64,000 bases of DNA from Eubacteriales bacterium (GCA_045659245.1 JAZOWN010000037.1:10655-74654), one strand, 5' to 3'; shown: positions 39,761 to 47,914, numbered from the stretch's first letter. Program-made: numbers and translations. Notes: a model not told the origin generated them from the letters alone.

Positions 39761-40288
39761 ATGAAGAAAATCAAAAAAATCAACGAGGAAGTATTCAAAA
39801 TAGGCAAGTATAAGTTCATCAAATTTACAGGTGACGACGGAAACATTATAGGCGTTCTTAAGGATAGTCTTTGCGACATGCGTTTTGGCGATAACAACGA
39901 TTTTTCCAAGAGTGATATCCTCAAGAAACTTAACGAGGAATTTTTGCCCGAAATTGAGAGCATTGTGGGCGCTGAAAATGTTCTTGAATTTGAAACAGAT
40001 TTGATATCACTCGACGGCTCAAAGAAACACGGCACAATGAAATCCAAAGTTTCTCTGCCTACATTCGATTTTTACAGAGCCAACAGAGCAATATTTGCAA
40101 AGTACAAGCTTCAAGATTGGTGGTGGCTGGTTACTCCTTATTCTACAAGCGAGTATGTAAATGATTGGTGGGTATGTTGCGTCTCGCCGCGCGGTGATAT
40201 CTGCTACTACAGCTGCAGCAATGACTACTTCGGCGTTCGCCCGTTTTTACACTTTTCATCTTCTATCTTTGACTCTTTGGAGATGTAA
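39761..40288 (+). CDS. DGR target protein 1 (DUF6273-like / CLec-like C-terminus)
   Basis: WWWLVTP...CCVSPRG...GVRP; contains VR1. Confidence 0.88.
   Translation: MKKIKKINEEVFKIGKYKFIKFTGDDGNIIGVLKDSLCDMRFGDNNDFSKSDILKKLNEEFLPEIESIVGAENVLEFETDLISLDGSKKHGTMKSKVSLPTFDFYRANRAIFAKYKLQDWWWLVTPYSTSEYVNDWWVCCVSPRGDICYYSCSNDYFGVRPFLHFSSSIFDSLEM
40177..40247 (+). repeat. DGR variable repeat VR1
   Basis: 71-nt ungapped match to TR 44644-44714 with 12 mismatches, all opposite TR adenines. Confidence 0.95.
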
Positions 40289-40364
40289 TGACGAGTGCCG
40301 CGTTGAAGAAGAAAACATTGAGCTAAAATAAAAATCAACAAATAACACATAAAAGGAGGAAAAA

Positions 40365-40559
40365 ATGATTAACGGAGAACTTATCAAAATACTTATGAGG
40401 TCAAAGGGGATAACGGCACGACAGCTTGCCGCTAAGGTGGGAGTCAGCGAACCCATGATGTCGAATATCCTGGGAGGCTTGAGAGAGCCGAACGTACACA
40501 CGCTGGTCCGCATCGCCAAAGAACTCGGCTACACCGTGGACGAGCTTATCGCAAAGTGA
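40365..40559 (+). CDS. XRE HTH protein
   Basis: ITARQLAAKVGVSEPMMSNILGG...TVDEL. Confidence 0.85.
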   Translation: MINGELIKILMRSKGITARQLAAKVGVSEPMMSNILGGLREPNVHTLVRIAKELGYTVDELIAK

Positions 40560-40560
40560 G

Positions 40561-41136
40561 GTGAGAGGTATGAGATTAACGTGCTTATGTATTATCACGC
40601 TCGCAGTAAATATAATACTGCTGTCGTTGCTTTATGTAATTATATACGTAAGACTGCTATCAATCAGCAAAAAACTAAATTCAGATCCGCCTGAATTCTT
40701 CGTGCCAATAAGCCGCAAGGATTTTCTCATTCGCCTTAAGGGACAGGAGAATGATTTCCCCTCGACGGATGAGGATCTAATTCGTACCTTGGCGTGGCTT
40801 GCCGCAGACAACCGTGACGGAGGTGATAGTTTTACCTCCGAGGCGTGTGACAAGGCTGCTGCCAGATTACGTGAGCTGACAGATCCTTGCGGAGGATGGA
40901 TCTCTACCGAGTGGGAGATGCCTCCGGAGGATGACACTGTTCTTGCGGTAGTGAACGGTAAGCTTGGTAACATTAAGTTTATAAATTCTATTGAGACGGC
41001 ACAGTGGTGCGATGACGAAGGCTGGTTGCTCTGTTTTAACGTTGAAGCCGGAAGCAATGATCATATAGAAATTAAATGGTGGCGACCTCTGCCCGAGGCA
41101 CCGGAGAAAATCAATGCTGATAAGAATGATAAATAA
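40561..41136 (+). CDS. Phage protein with N-terminal TM segment and DUF551-like C-terminus
   Basis: WISTEWEMP...WWRPLPEAP pattern. Confidence 0.65.
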   Translation: MRGMRLTCLCIITLAVNIILLSLLYVIIYVRLLSISKKLNSDPPEFFVPISRKDFLIRLKGQENDFPSTDEDLIRTLAWLAADNRDGGDSFTSEACDKAAARLRELTDPCGGWISTEWEMPPEDDTVLAVVNGKLGNIKFINSIETAQWCDDEGWLLCFNVEAGSNDHIEIKWWRPLPEAPEKINADKNDK

Positions 41137-41209
41137 TCAGGTATTTGGACAAGCTCACGGATACATATTATTTAATACGTTCAATTTTGTACGAAAGGGG
41201 CTTGATTAA

Positions 41210-41383
41210 ATGAACAAGGGAAAAGTAATATTTACGAATGAGGTAAACGTTCGCTACATATTTGAGGTAATGTGTGATCTGCTGACAAGGCAAAGCGGCG
41301 GAGAACTCATATATGAAATAGCGGAATTTAGCAAAAAGGAAGTAAAAAATGAAAAAAACGAAGCAACTGAAAAATCAATGTGA
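41210..41383 (+). CDS. Small hypothetical phage protein
   Basis: 57-aa ORF (MNKGKVIFTNEV...) with AAGGGG RBS. Confidence 0.5.
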   Translation: MNKGKVIFTNEVNVRYIFEVMCDLLTRQSGGELIYEIAEFSKKEVKNEKNEATEKSM

Positions 41384-41663
41384 AAATATAGTCACTGATC
41401 TTCAAGAATCAGGCATTTCTTCTTCTGATGCCGAGCGTGCGGCGCCGGTACTTATAGATAAGGGCTGGCGCAGAGTTTTAAATGGCACGTGGATAAAAGA
41501 CGAGACCTACAAGGGTACAAATAAAGTTGTTTACCGTTGTTCCGTGTGCGGGCATTGGCAGACACAAAAGAAGTGGAATACGAACGATGGACGGTTTCAT
41601 ATGAACTATTGCCCGTTTTGTGGTAGCACTATGAAAACCGCCTCTGAGCGCAAGGAAAAATAA
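41349..41663 (+). CDS. Phage zinc-ribbon protein
   Basis: GTWI...CSVCG...YCPFCG. Confidence 0.7.
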   Translation: MKKTKQLKNQCENIVTDLQESGISSSDAERAAPVLIDKGWRRVLNGTWIKDETYKGTNKVVYRCSVCGHWQTQKKWNTNDGRFHMNYCPFCGSTMKTASERKEK

Positions 41664-41682
41664 AAAAAAGAGGGACATTAAA

Positions 41683-41829
41683 ATGATAAAACTGCTTATC
41701 CGAATACTTTTGGGCCTATTAGTCCTCGCTTGGCTTTTCGCTGCGGTACATAATCTTTGGGATATAGGAAAAAAAGAAGGAATAGTTAAAGGAAATTACG
41801 AAGATACGGAGGAAGAAGAAAATGAATAA
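41683..41829 (+). CDS. Small membrane peptide
   Basis: 48-aa ORF MIKLLIRILLGLLVLAWLFAAV... with RBS; overlaps the parB start. Confidence 0.5.
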   Translation: MIKLLIRILLGLLVLAWLFAAVHNLWDIGKKEGIVKGNYEDTEEEENE

Positions 41830-43372
41830 TGCAAATGCTCAAAAAGAGCTGGTTTACATAAGCGTGGACAAGCTTTTGCCGCACCCCAACAATCCAAGAA
41901 AGGAGCTTGGAGACCTTACGGAGCTATCCGAGAGTATTAAGGCGAAGGGAGTCATGCAGAACCTTACCGTTGTTCCCGCAGAGGGCGGATGCTTTACTAT
42001 AATCATCGGACACCGCCGCTGCGCCGCTGCGATACTTGCGGGAGTGGACAAGCTGCCCTGCGTAGTAGTAGAGATGTCAGAGAAGGAGCAGCTTTCTACT
42101 ATGCTCCTGGAGAATATTCAACGCTCCGACCTAACCTTATATGAGCAGGCAAAAGGCTTTCAGCTGATGATGGAGCTGGGGGAGAGTATATCGGGGTTGA
42201 CCGAAAAGACCGGCTTTTCCGAAACTACTATTCGCCGCCGTCTCAAGATGGCAGAGCTTGACGGTAAAAGACTTAAGAAGCTTTCAGAAGAACGTCAGCT
42301 CTCCATTGGGGATTTTGACAAGCTCGCCAGTATAGAGGACGTTAAGAAGCGTAATGAGCTTCTTGAAGTGATGGGAACTAATAACTTTGAATATCGCCTT
42401 AAGGTGGCTCTTGCAGAACAGGCGAGGGCTAAGGTAAAGCCTTTGCTCATGAAGATACTCGCTGAAATTGGTGCCAAAGAGATGAAAAACTCATCTGACC
42501 GTTGGAACGGAAAGTATGAATGTATAGAGACGCTACATCTTTTGAAGCTTACTCCTGAGAAAAAGGTAAAGATACCCAAAAAATACAGTGGCAAGAAGCT
42601 GCTTTACTACGAGATCGCGCATAACAGTACGTGTGAAATATGGGGAGAGACCGAAAAGGAGAAAAAGAAGAAGCGCCCTCAAGCTGAGATAGACAGAGAT
42701 AAATATATAGCGGATACAAGAGCAGAGCTTGAGGCGAGCACACGTCTGGCGTATATTCTTAGATACAATTTCGTTACCTCTCTTAATCTTACCAAAGCAA
42801 ACGCCTCTGCGGTGCTTGAAGGCGCTATGCTGGCGCTCATGGCGAGGCAGACGGGAGCTTCCAGACCTCCGTTAGGGAATAATTTCTATTCCAATCACTT
42901 AGATATACCGGCTACGGATTTTGAAGGTGAAGCTAACCGCCTTGACGTTATACGCAAAGGGTACGATAGGTGCGTGAATGAGAAAATCGGCGCGCCGCAG
43001 ATCATGATTTTATACGGCGCATTTGCTGACGACGAAAAGAATAGCTTTTACAGCGATTACTCCGGAATGTTTCCGCGCCACAAGAGAAATCAGATGCTGG
43101 AATACCTCTATGAGTGGCTTGTTTCTATGGGCTATGAGATGTCTGACGATGAGAAAATGCTGCTTGACGGCACGCATCATTTGTTCATAGATAAGGATGC
43201 GAAAAAAATGAGTAACTATTTTTATAAAATAACGGAGAAGGCAAGCGGAGACGTATTCTACGTTGAGACGGACGCGGATCACGAGCCAGCGCAGCTGCTA
43301 TCTGTTCTCGGCTTTGACGACGCATACGTGGCGCGGCGAACCTCAAGAGAAGAAATTGAGAGGGAGTTGTGA
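41822..43372 (+). CDS. ParB/RepB/Spo0J-family protein
   Basis: PHPNNPR, ELSESIKAKGVMQNL, GHRR, ENIQRSDL motifs and HTH. Confidence 0.88.
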   Translation: MNNANAQKELVYISVDKLLPHPNNPRKELGDLTELSESIKAKGVMQNLTVVPAEGGCFTIIIGHRRCAAAILAGVDKLPCVVVEMSEKEQLSTMLLENIQRSDLTLYEQAKGFQLMMELGESISGLTEKTGFSETTIRRRLKMAELDGKRLKKLSEERQLSIGDFDKLASIEDVKKRNELLEVMGTNNFEYRLKVALAEQARAKVKPLLMKILAEIGAKEMKNSSDRWNGKYECIETLHLLKLTPEKKVKIPKKYSGKKLLYYEIAHNSTCEIWGETEKEKKKKRPQAEIDRDKYIADTRAELEASTRLAYILRYNFVTSLNLTKANASAVLEGAMLALMARQTGASRPPLGNNFYSNHLDIPATDFEGEANRLDVIRKGYDRCVNEKIGAPQIMILYGAFADDEKNSFYSDYSGMFPRHKRNQMLEYLYEWLVSMGYEMSDDEKMLLDGTHHLFIDKDAKKMSNYFYKITEKASGDVFYVETDADHEPAQLLSVLGFDDAYVARRTSREEIEREL

Positions 43373-43373
43373 T

Positions 43374-43628
43374 ATGTTTAAGGGAAAAAAGCAAGAAAAA
43401 ATAATAACGCTTGGTCAAAGTATTCGCGCTATCAGAAAGAAACGGGGACTTACACAGCAACAGCTGGCAGAAAAAACGGGCTTGCAGCAATCCTTGATAG
43501 CTCGTTGGGAAAGTGATTCTCATACTCCGACTACGGCACTCCTCGTATGTGTTGCAGATGCGCTTGAGGTTAGCCTGGATGAGCTGGTAGGACGGAAGAT
43601 ATTATCAAAAAAATTTTCGGAGGAATAA
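43374..43628 (+). CDS. XRE HTH protein
   Basis: RKKRGLTQQQLAEKTGLQQSLIARWE...SLDELVG. Confidence 0.88.
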   Translation: MFKGKKQEKIITLGQSIRAIRKKRGLTQQQLAEKTGLQQSLIARWESDSHTPTTALLVCVADALEVSLDELVGRKILSKKFSEE

Positions 43629-43631
43629 AAT

Positions 43632-44246
43632 ATGAATGACAATTACTTATGCATAGGTGGGCTGAGGCTCCCACTTACAGAAGAACAGATTACCCTAATA
43701 AGAAGCAGCTTGCCGCAGATAAAGCTTGCGGATGTGAGGGTGGGAGAAGCCTTTAAAATAGGTGAATACGAGTTTATAGTTCTTGAGCACGAGGAGGGCT
43801 TTACAAAGGTGCTGCTTAAGGACATACTTTGTAAGTCCGCTTTCAGTGAAAAAGACTGTGATTTCAAGAACAGTAAAGTGCTCAGGATTTTGCAGGATTT
43901 TGAAAACAAAATATCTGATATTGTAGGAGCGGAGAACATACTCGCTCATACTATTGATCTTACATCAAATGATGGTCTTAAGGACTACGGTCACACCGTT
44001 GGAAAGGTTTCTTTGCTCTCCTGCGATATGGTGCGAAAGTACGTTGATATCCTGGATAAATACAAAGTGGAGTCGTATTGGTGGCTTGTGACGCCATGGA
44101 GTACGCCTGCACACGGATATAATGAATACGTTTGTTGCGTCTCGCCGCGCGGTTTTATCAACTACGGCGACTACAACATTGACGACGGCGGCGTTCGCCC
44201 GTTTTTTCACTTTTCATCTTCTATCTTTGTCTCTTTGGAAACGTAA
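43632..44246 (+). CDS. DGR target protein 2 (paralogue of target 1)
   Basis: YWWLVTP...CCVSPRG...GVRP; contains VR2; its TAA overlaps the avd ATG. Confidence 0.9.
   Translation: MNDNYLCIGGLRLPLTEEQITLIRSSLPQIKLADVRVGEAFKIGEYEFIVLEHEEGFTKVLLKDILCKSAFSEKDCDFKNSKVLRILQDFENKISDIVGAENILAHTIDLTSNDGLKDYGHTVGKVSLLSCDMVRKYVDILDKYKVESYWWLVTPWSTPAHGYNEYVCCVSPRGFINYGDYNIDDGGVRPFFHFSSSIFVSLET
44135..44205 (+). repeat. DGR variable repeat VR2
   Basis: 71-nt ungapped match to TR with 11 mismatches, all opposite TR adenines. Confidence 0.95.
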
Positions 44247-44614
44247 TGGCGGATAATGATATGAAAGTGATCGTCAAGGCAAAAGAATTGGCGATACACT
44301 CATTTAAGCTTACCTCTAACAACAATAGATATCCAAAAAAATATAGGCATTCACTGGCTGATAGAATCCAATTGAAAGCGCTCGATATATATGATACGTT
44401 ACTTGAAGCGAATAGGATCAACAATGCTGCTTTCCCCGCCATGCGTAGAGAAACTATTTCAAGAGCAGTATTGTATTGTGATCAGATGTTGTTTTACATA
44501 GAACTTTCTATGGGTCTTACTGATCAGAGCATGGAGTCGATACAGTATTGGAGCAAAATGGTTACAGATGTTAAATATCTATCGCTTGCATGGAGAAAAA
44601 AAGAAACCAAATAA
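44246..44614 (+). CDS. avd: DGR accessory variability determinant (Avd-like four-helix bundle)
   Basis: 122 aa, basic, YPKKYRHSLADRI...EAN...W pattern; located between target and TR. Confidence 0.85.
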   Translation: MADNDMKVIVKAKELAIHSFKLTSNNNRYPKKYRHSLADRIQLKALDIYDTLLEANRINNAAFPAMRRETISRAVLYCDQMLFYIELSMGLTDQSMESIQYWSKMVTDVKYLSLAWRKKETK

Positions 44615-44620
44615 AAAATC

Positions 44621-44781
44621 GGGTCATGCGTTGTATTTTTTCTTTGCGTCTCGCCGCGCGGTAATATCAACAACAACAACTACAACAATGACAACAACGG
44701 CGTTCGCCCGTATTGGTGGAATGTCAGACAGAGTAGGCATAAGCCGAAATCAGCACCCCACATCAAAAGAACGCATGACCC
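44621..44781 (+). ncRNA. Putative DGR template RNA (TR plus flanks)
   Basis: Bounded by a 12-bp perfect inverted repeat GGGTCATGCGTT / AACGCATGACCC. Confidence 0.65.
44644..44714 (+). repeat. DGR template repeat (TR)
   Basis: TTGCGTCTCGCCGCGCGGT-AATATCAACAACAACAACTACAACAATGACAACAAC-GGCGTTCGCCCGTATT; AAC-rich and intergenic between avd and RT. Confidence 0.95.
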
Positions 44782-44818
44782 TTCTCTGAAAGAGATAAAC
44801 AAAAGGAGGCTATGCAGC

Positions 44819-45856
44819 ATGACCGACTTTGAAAAGGTGATAGCTTTTGAAAATATGTACCGTGCGTACCGCAAAGCAAAATGCGGAAAGGGATATAAGA
44901 AAAGCGCGGCACGTTTTAATATAATGGCTCTTGAGGGTATAAACAGGCTTGTTGAGCAGTTGGAATCCAAAGAGTACAGGGTATCGGAGTATAACGAGTT
45001 TAAGGTATACGAGCCCAAAGAGCGCATAATACAAACTGCATCGTTCAAGGACAAGGTGGTGCAGCATAGCCTATGTGATAACGTGATACTTCCTCGCTTG
45101 AGCGAAGTGTTTATATACGACAACTGCGCGGGGCAGAAAGGTAAGGGGACGCTTTTCGGACTTCAACGTCTCGAAGAACATATGACGACCTTCTGGCAAA
45201 AACATAGACTTGAAGGATATATCCTTAAATGTGATATATCAAAATTTTTCTACAATATTTCTCATGAACAATTAAAGGACATAGTTGAATATCATTTTTC
45301 GTATGATACAGATATCTGTTGGCTTTGCAGTATTTTCATTGATAGCACGGCCGGAAAAGGGATCCCACTTGGTAATCAGATAAATCAAGGCTTTGCGCTA
45401 ATGTATCTTGACGGTATGGACAAGCTCATTACAGGAGAATTGGGAATCGAGTATTACGGCAGATACATGGACGACTTTTATTTAATGCACCCCGACAAAG
45501 ATTATTTGAAATATTGTTTGGAGGTAATCACCGCATATTTAGATACCCTTGAGCTTACTCTGAACGGTAAAACACAAATCTTTCCAATCAAGAATGGTGT
45601 GAGCTATCTTGGTTTCCACTCATACATAACTGAAAATGGTAAGGTGATTCGCAAGCTGGACAATAAGAAAAAGAGGGCTGCACAGCGCAAATACCGCCGT
45701 ATGGCGAAGCTGGTTTCAGAAGGAAAATTATCATCCGAGAAGCTCCGAGATTCTTTTTATGCTTGGAAAAATCATGCATCGCATGGAAATTGCAAGAAAA
45801 TTTCCGAAAGAATGGAGAGTATGATAAAAGAAATCTTGAATCGAGGTAAAATATGA
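44819..45856 (+). CDS. DGR reverse transcriptase
   Basis: 345 aa; EPKER, FKDKVVQ, KGKGT, LKCDISKFF, GIPLGNQINQ, RYMDD and YLGF motifs; no maturase or endonuclease domain. Confidence 0.95.
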   Translation: MTDFEKVIAFENMYRAYRKAKCGKGYKKSAARFNIMALEGINRLVEQLESKEYRVSEYNEFKVYEPKERIIQTASFKDKVVQHSLCDNVILPRLSEVFIYDNCAGQKGKGTLFGLQRLEEHMTTFWQKHRLEGYILKCDISKFFYNISHEQLKDIVEYHFSYDTDICWLCSIFIDSTAGKGIPLGNQINQGFALMYLDGMDKLITGELGIEYYGRYMDDFYLMHPDKDYLKYCLEVITAYLDTLELTLNGKTQIFPIKNGVSYLGFHSYITENGKVIRKLDNKKKRAAQRKYRRMAKLVSEGKLSSEKLRDSFYAWKNHASHGNCKKISERMESMIKEILNRGKI

Positions 45857-45930
45857 CAAATATTGAATTAAAGCCGAGTCCGTTTTGCGGCGGCGAAGCA
45901 GAAGCGAAGATGAAAGGCGGTGCGGAATGA
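45853..45930 (+). pseudogene. Truncated Lar-like (restriction alleviation) remnant
   Basis: MTNIELKPSPFCGGEAEAKMKGGAE* resembles the LKPCPFCGGEA start with the first Cys lost. Confidence 0.5.
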
Positions 45931-46148
45931 GAGTATCACAGTTAATTCACGCTATGGATAAGAACGATATTATAGTCATTGATGATTATGACGCACCTAT
46001 CGACAAAATGACAATATACCAAGGAACTGTAAGAGGGATAAAGCGAGATAACCCTGTTAACCAAATGCACGTTTCAAGTATATGTGCTAAAGACGATACG
46101 ATTTTAGTACTTGCTGAAAATCCGAGGAAGAAAGGAGAGCAGGAATGA
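45927..46148 (+). CDS. Hypothetical phage protein
   Basis: ORF MRVSQLIHAMDK... coupled to its neighbours by ATGA overlaps. Confidence 0.6.
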   Translation: MRVSQLIHAMDKNDIIVIDDYDAPIDKMTIYQGTVRGIKRDNPVNQMHVSSICAKDDTILVLAENPRKKGEQE

Positions 46149-46289
46149 CAACAGCCATAGTATTAACAGGTGCTAACAATAGTTATAATAGCGAGGTGAT
46201 ATTATGAAGATTATCTTATTGATATTTATAGGTGTATTCGCTGTCTGGGATATATTTTCAAAATAATACATAGGAAAGGAAACATTGCG

Positions 46290-46490
46290 ATGAAATTTAA
46301 GCACGACGGTTATTTTGGCGATGGAAGTGCCTGTATATACGGCTACGACGATAATGGTGTTAAGGTAGCAATTTTCCGAGGATACGTCAATTTACGGCGA
46401 GACACTGTTACGCTGTACCCCAAGAGGCTGCTTGTGCCGACGAGAGAGGATGTCGGCAAGCAGACAATTTCCATCAGAATGCTAAAATAA
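46290..46490 (+). CDS. Hypothetical phage protein
   Basis: 66-aa ORF with RBS, followed by a GGGCGGA/TCCGCCC hairpin. Confidence 0.55.
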   Translation: MKFKHDGYFGDGSACIYGYDDNGVKVAIFRGYVNLRRDTVTLYPKRLLVPTREDVGKQTISIRMLK

Positions 46491-46646
46491 AAGGGCGGAC
46501 AAGCTCCGCCCTCCAAAACGAAAATTTAATGGGCGAGAGGGCGCCCTTTAGTTCCTCGTACTCATATCTTAAAATAACGACGATATAGGGTACGGGAACT
46601 CATGAAAATACGAGAAAGTAAAAAAATCACTCGGGAGGAAAATCAG

Positions 46647-47030
46647 ATGTCAGGAGTCGTAAGTCAAAGTCAAGTCAAGTCCTTCTCGGAAATTTTATCC
46701 GAGGTAAGAGAAAGAGTAGAAATAGAGTGCTTTGAAAAAAGAGAGAGAGCAGTAGCGGAGGAGCTTTGTTTGATAATTGCGGAAGTGGAGTGGCTCCCCA
46801 GTGAAGCAGTGGCCCGAATCGGTGGCAACGATTTGCCGGCAGCATACGTTTCTGAAATATATCGCCGCATAGACAATGGCCGTCTCGCTGCCGTGATTTT
46901 TAAATACTCGGAGGCGAGATACCCCATAAAGCACAAAAAGACTTATTTACGAACCGCGCTCTATAACGAGGTATTTGAGCATGAGAGTGGCGAGCTAAAT
47001 GATTTTAACACAAGCTTCGGAGGATTTTGA
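46647..47030 (+). CDS. Hypothetical protein resembling a replication-initiator C-terminal domain (DUF6017-like)
   Basis: IKHKKTYLRTALYN motif; GGAGG RBS. Confidence 0.5.
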   Translation: MSGVVSQSQVKSFSEILSEVRERVEIECFEKRERAVAEELCLIIAEVEWLPSEAVARIGGNDLPAAYVSEIYRRIDNGRLAAVIFKYSEARYPIKHKKTYLRTALYNEVFEHESGELNDFNTSFGGF

Positions 47031-47914
47031 TGGTACGCGAGAAAAAAATAAAATCAGGTCGTCTTCTTGAGGTAGACTACTATCCGATTTGGAATGACGG
47101 AAGAAGGTTGCCGACCAGAGCTCCGAAGACGAAGCCCACGAGCGAGGAGCAGAAGAAGTACAACAAGAAGCGCGCTATATTGCACTTTACGCGAATGATA
47201 AACGCCAATTACGACACGGGAGATATCTTTCTTCACGTGACATACTCACCCGAGAACGCCCCAAACACCATTGAGCAGGTAGAGAAGGATTTTTATAATT
47301 ACATAAGGCGAATTAAAACGCGTCGCGCGCCCGAGCTTAAGAAAGCGAGGGCGCTTTTGGCGTCCTCTCCCGGCGATCACGAGCTCGCAAAGAGGGTAAA
47401 GAAGCTCGCAGAGCCGTTTAAGTACTACGAAGTTATCGAGGAGAATACATACAAGACGGGAAAGCACAAGGGGCGTACCGTCTGGCATTTGCACGTGTTT
47501 ATGACGGGAGGTATTGACAGAGACGTTGTAGAGGATACATGGGAGCTTGGTGCGCGTGTAAACGCCGATCGCTATCAGCCGGAGCGCTTTGGGCCAGAGG
47601 CGGCAGCCAGATATTGCTCCAAAAATCCAAGCGGTAAAAAACGGTTTCGTTGTTCTCGCAATCATAAAAAGCCGATAGAGCCTAAGCCCCGCGACGGAAA
47701 GATCAGTTCGAGGGGCGTTGAGAAGCTTGCGCGTGAGAGAGTTGACGATAAGGCATACTGGGAGCGTAAGTATCGCGGCTACCGTTTTGTGCGTTGTGTA
47801 GCAAAGTATAATAGCTGGAACTCCTCATGGTATCTGTCCGTAATTATGTATAAGTGCGCGACCTCTGCTGATATTCCACCGTGGGGTTCTGTTGACGATG
47901 AGATCTTGTGGTGA
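47030..47914 (+). CDS. HUH (rolling-circle Rep-like) protein
   Basis: FLHVTY (motif 1), WHLHVFM (HUH) and ARYCSK (YxxK). Confidence 0.7.
   Translation: MVREKKIKSGRLLEVDYYPIWNDGRRLPTRAPKTKPTSEEQKKYNKKRAILHFTRMINANYDTGDIFLHVTYSPENAPNTIEQVEKDFYNYIRRIKTRRAPELKKARALLASSPGDHELAKRVKKLAEPFKYYEVIEENTYKTGKHKGRTVWHLHVFMTGGIDRDVVEDTWELGARVNADRYQPERFGPEAAARYCSKNPSGKKRFRCSRNHKKPIEPKPRDGKISSRGVEKLARERVDDKAYWERKYRGYRFVRCVAKYNSWNSSWYLSVIMYKCATSADIPPWGSVDDEILW

Noticed and set aside
44568-44789. 73-aa ORF with poly-Thr spanning the TR
   Set aside because: It is an off-frame reading of the AAC-rich template repeat and is better explained as non-coding TR RNA.
44819-45856. Group II intron or retron RT
   Set aside because: There is no maturase or endonuclease domain, and the adjacent avd, TR and adenine-specific VRs identify a DGR.
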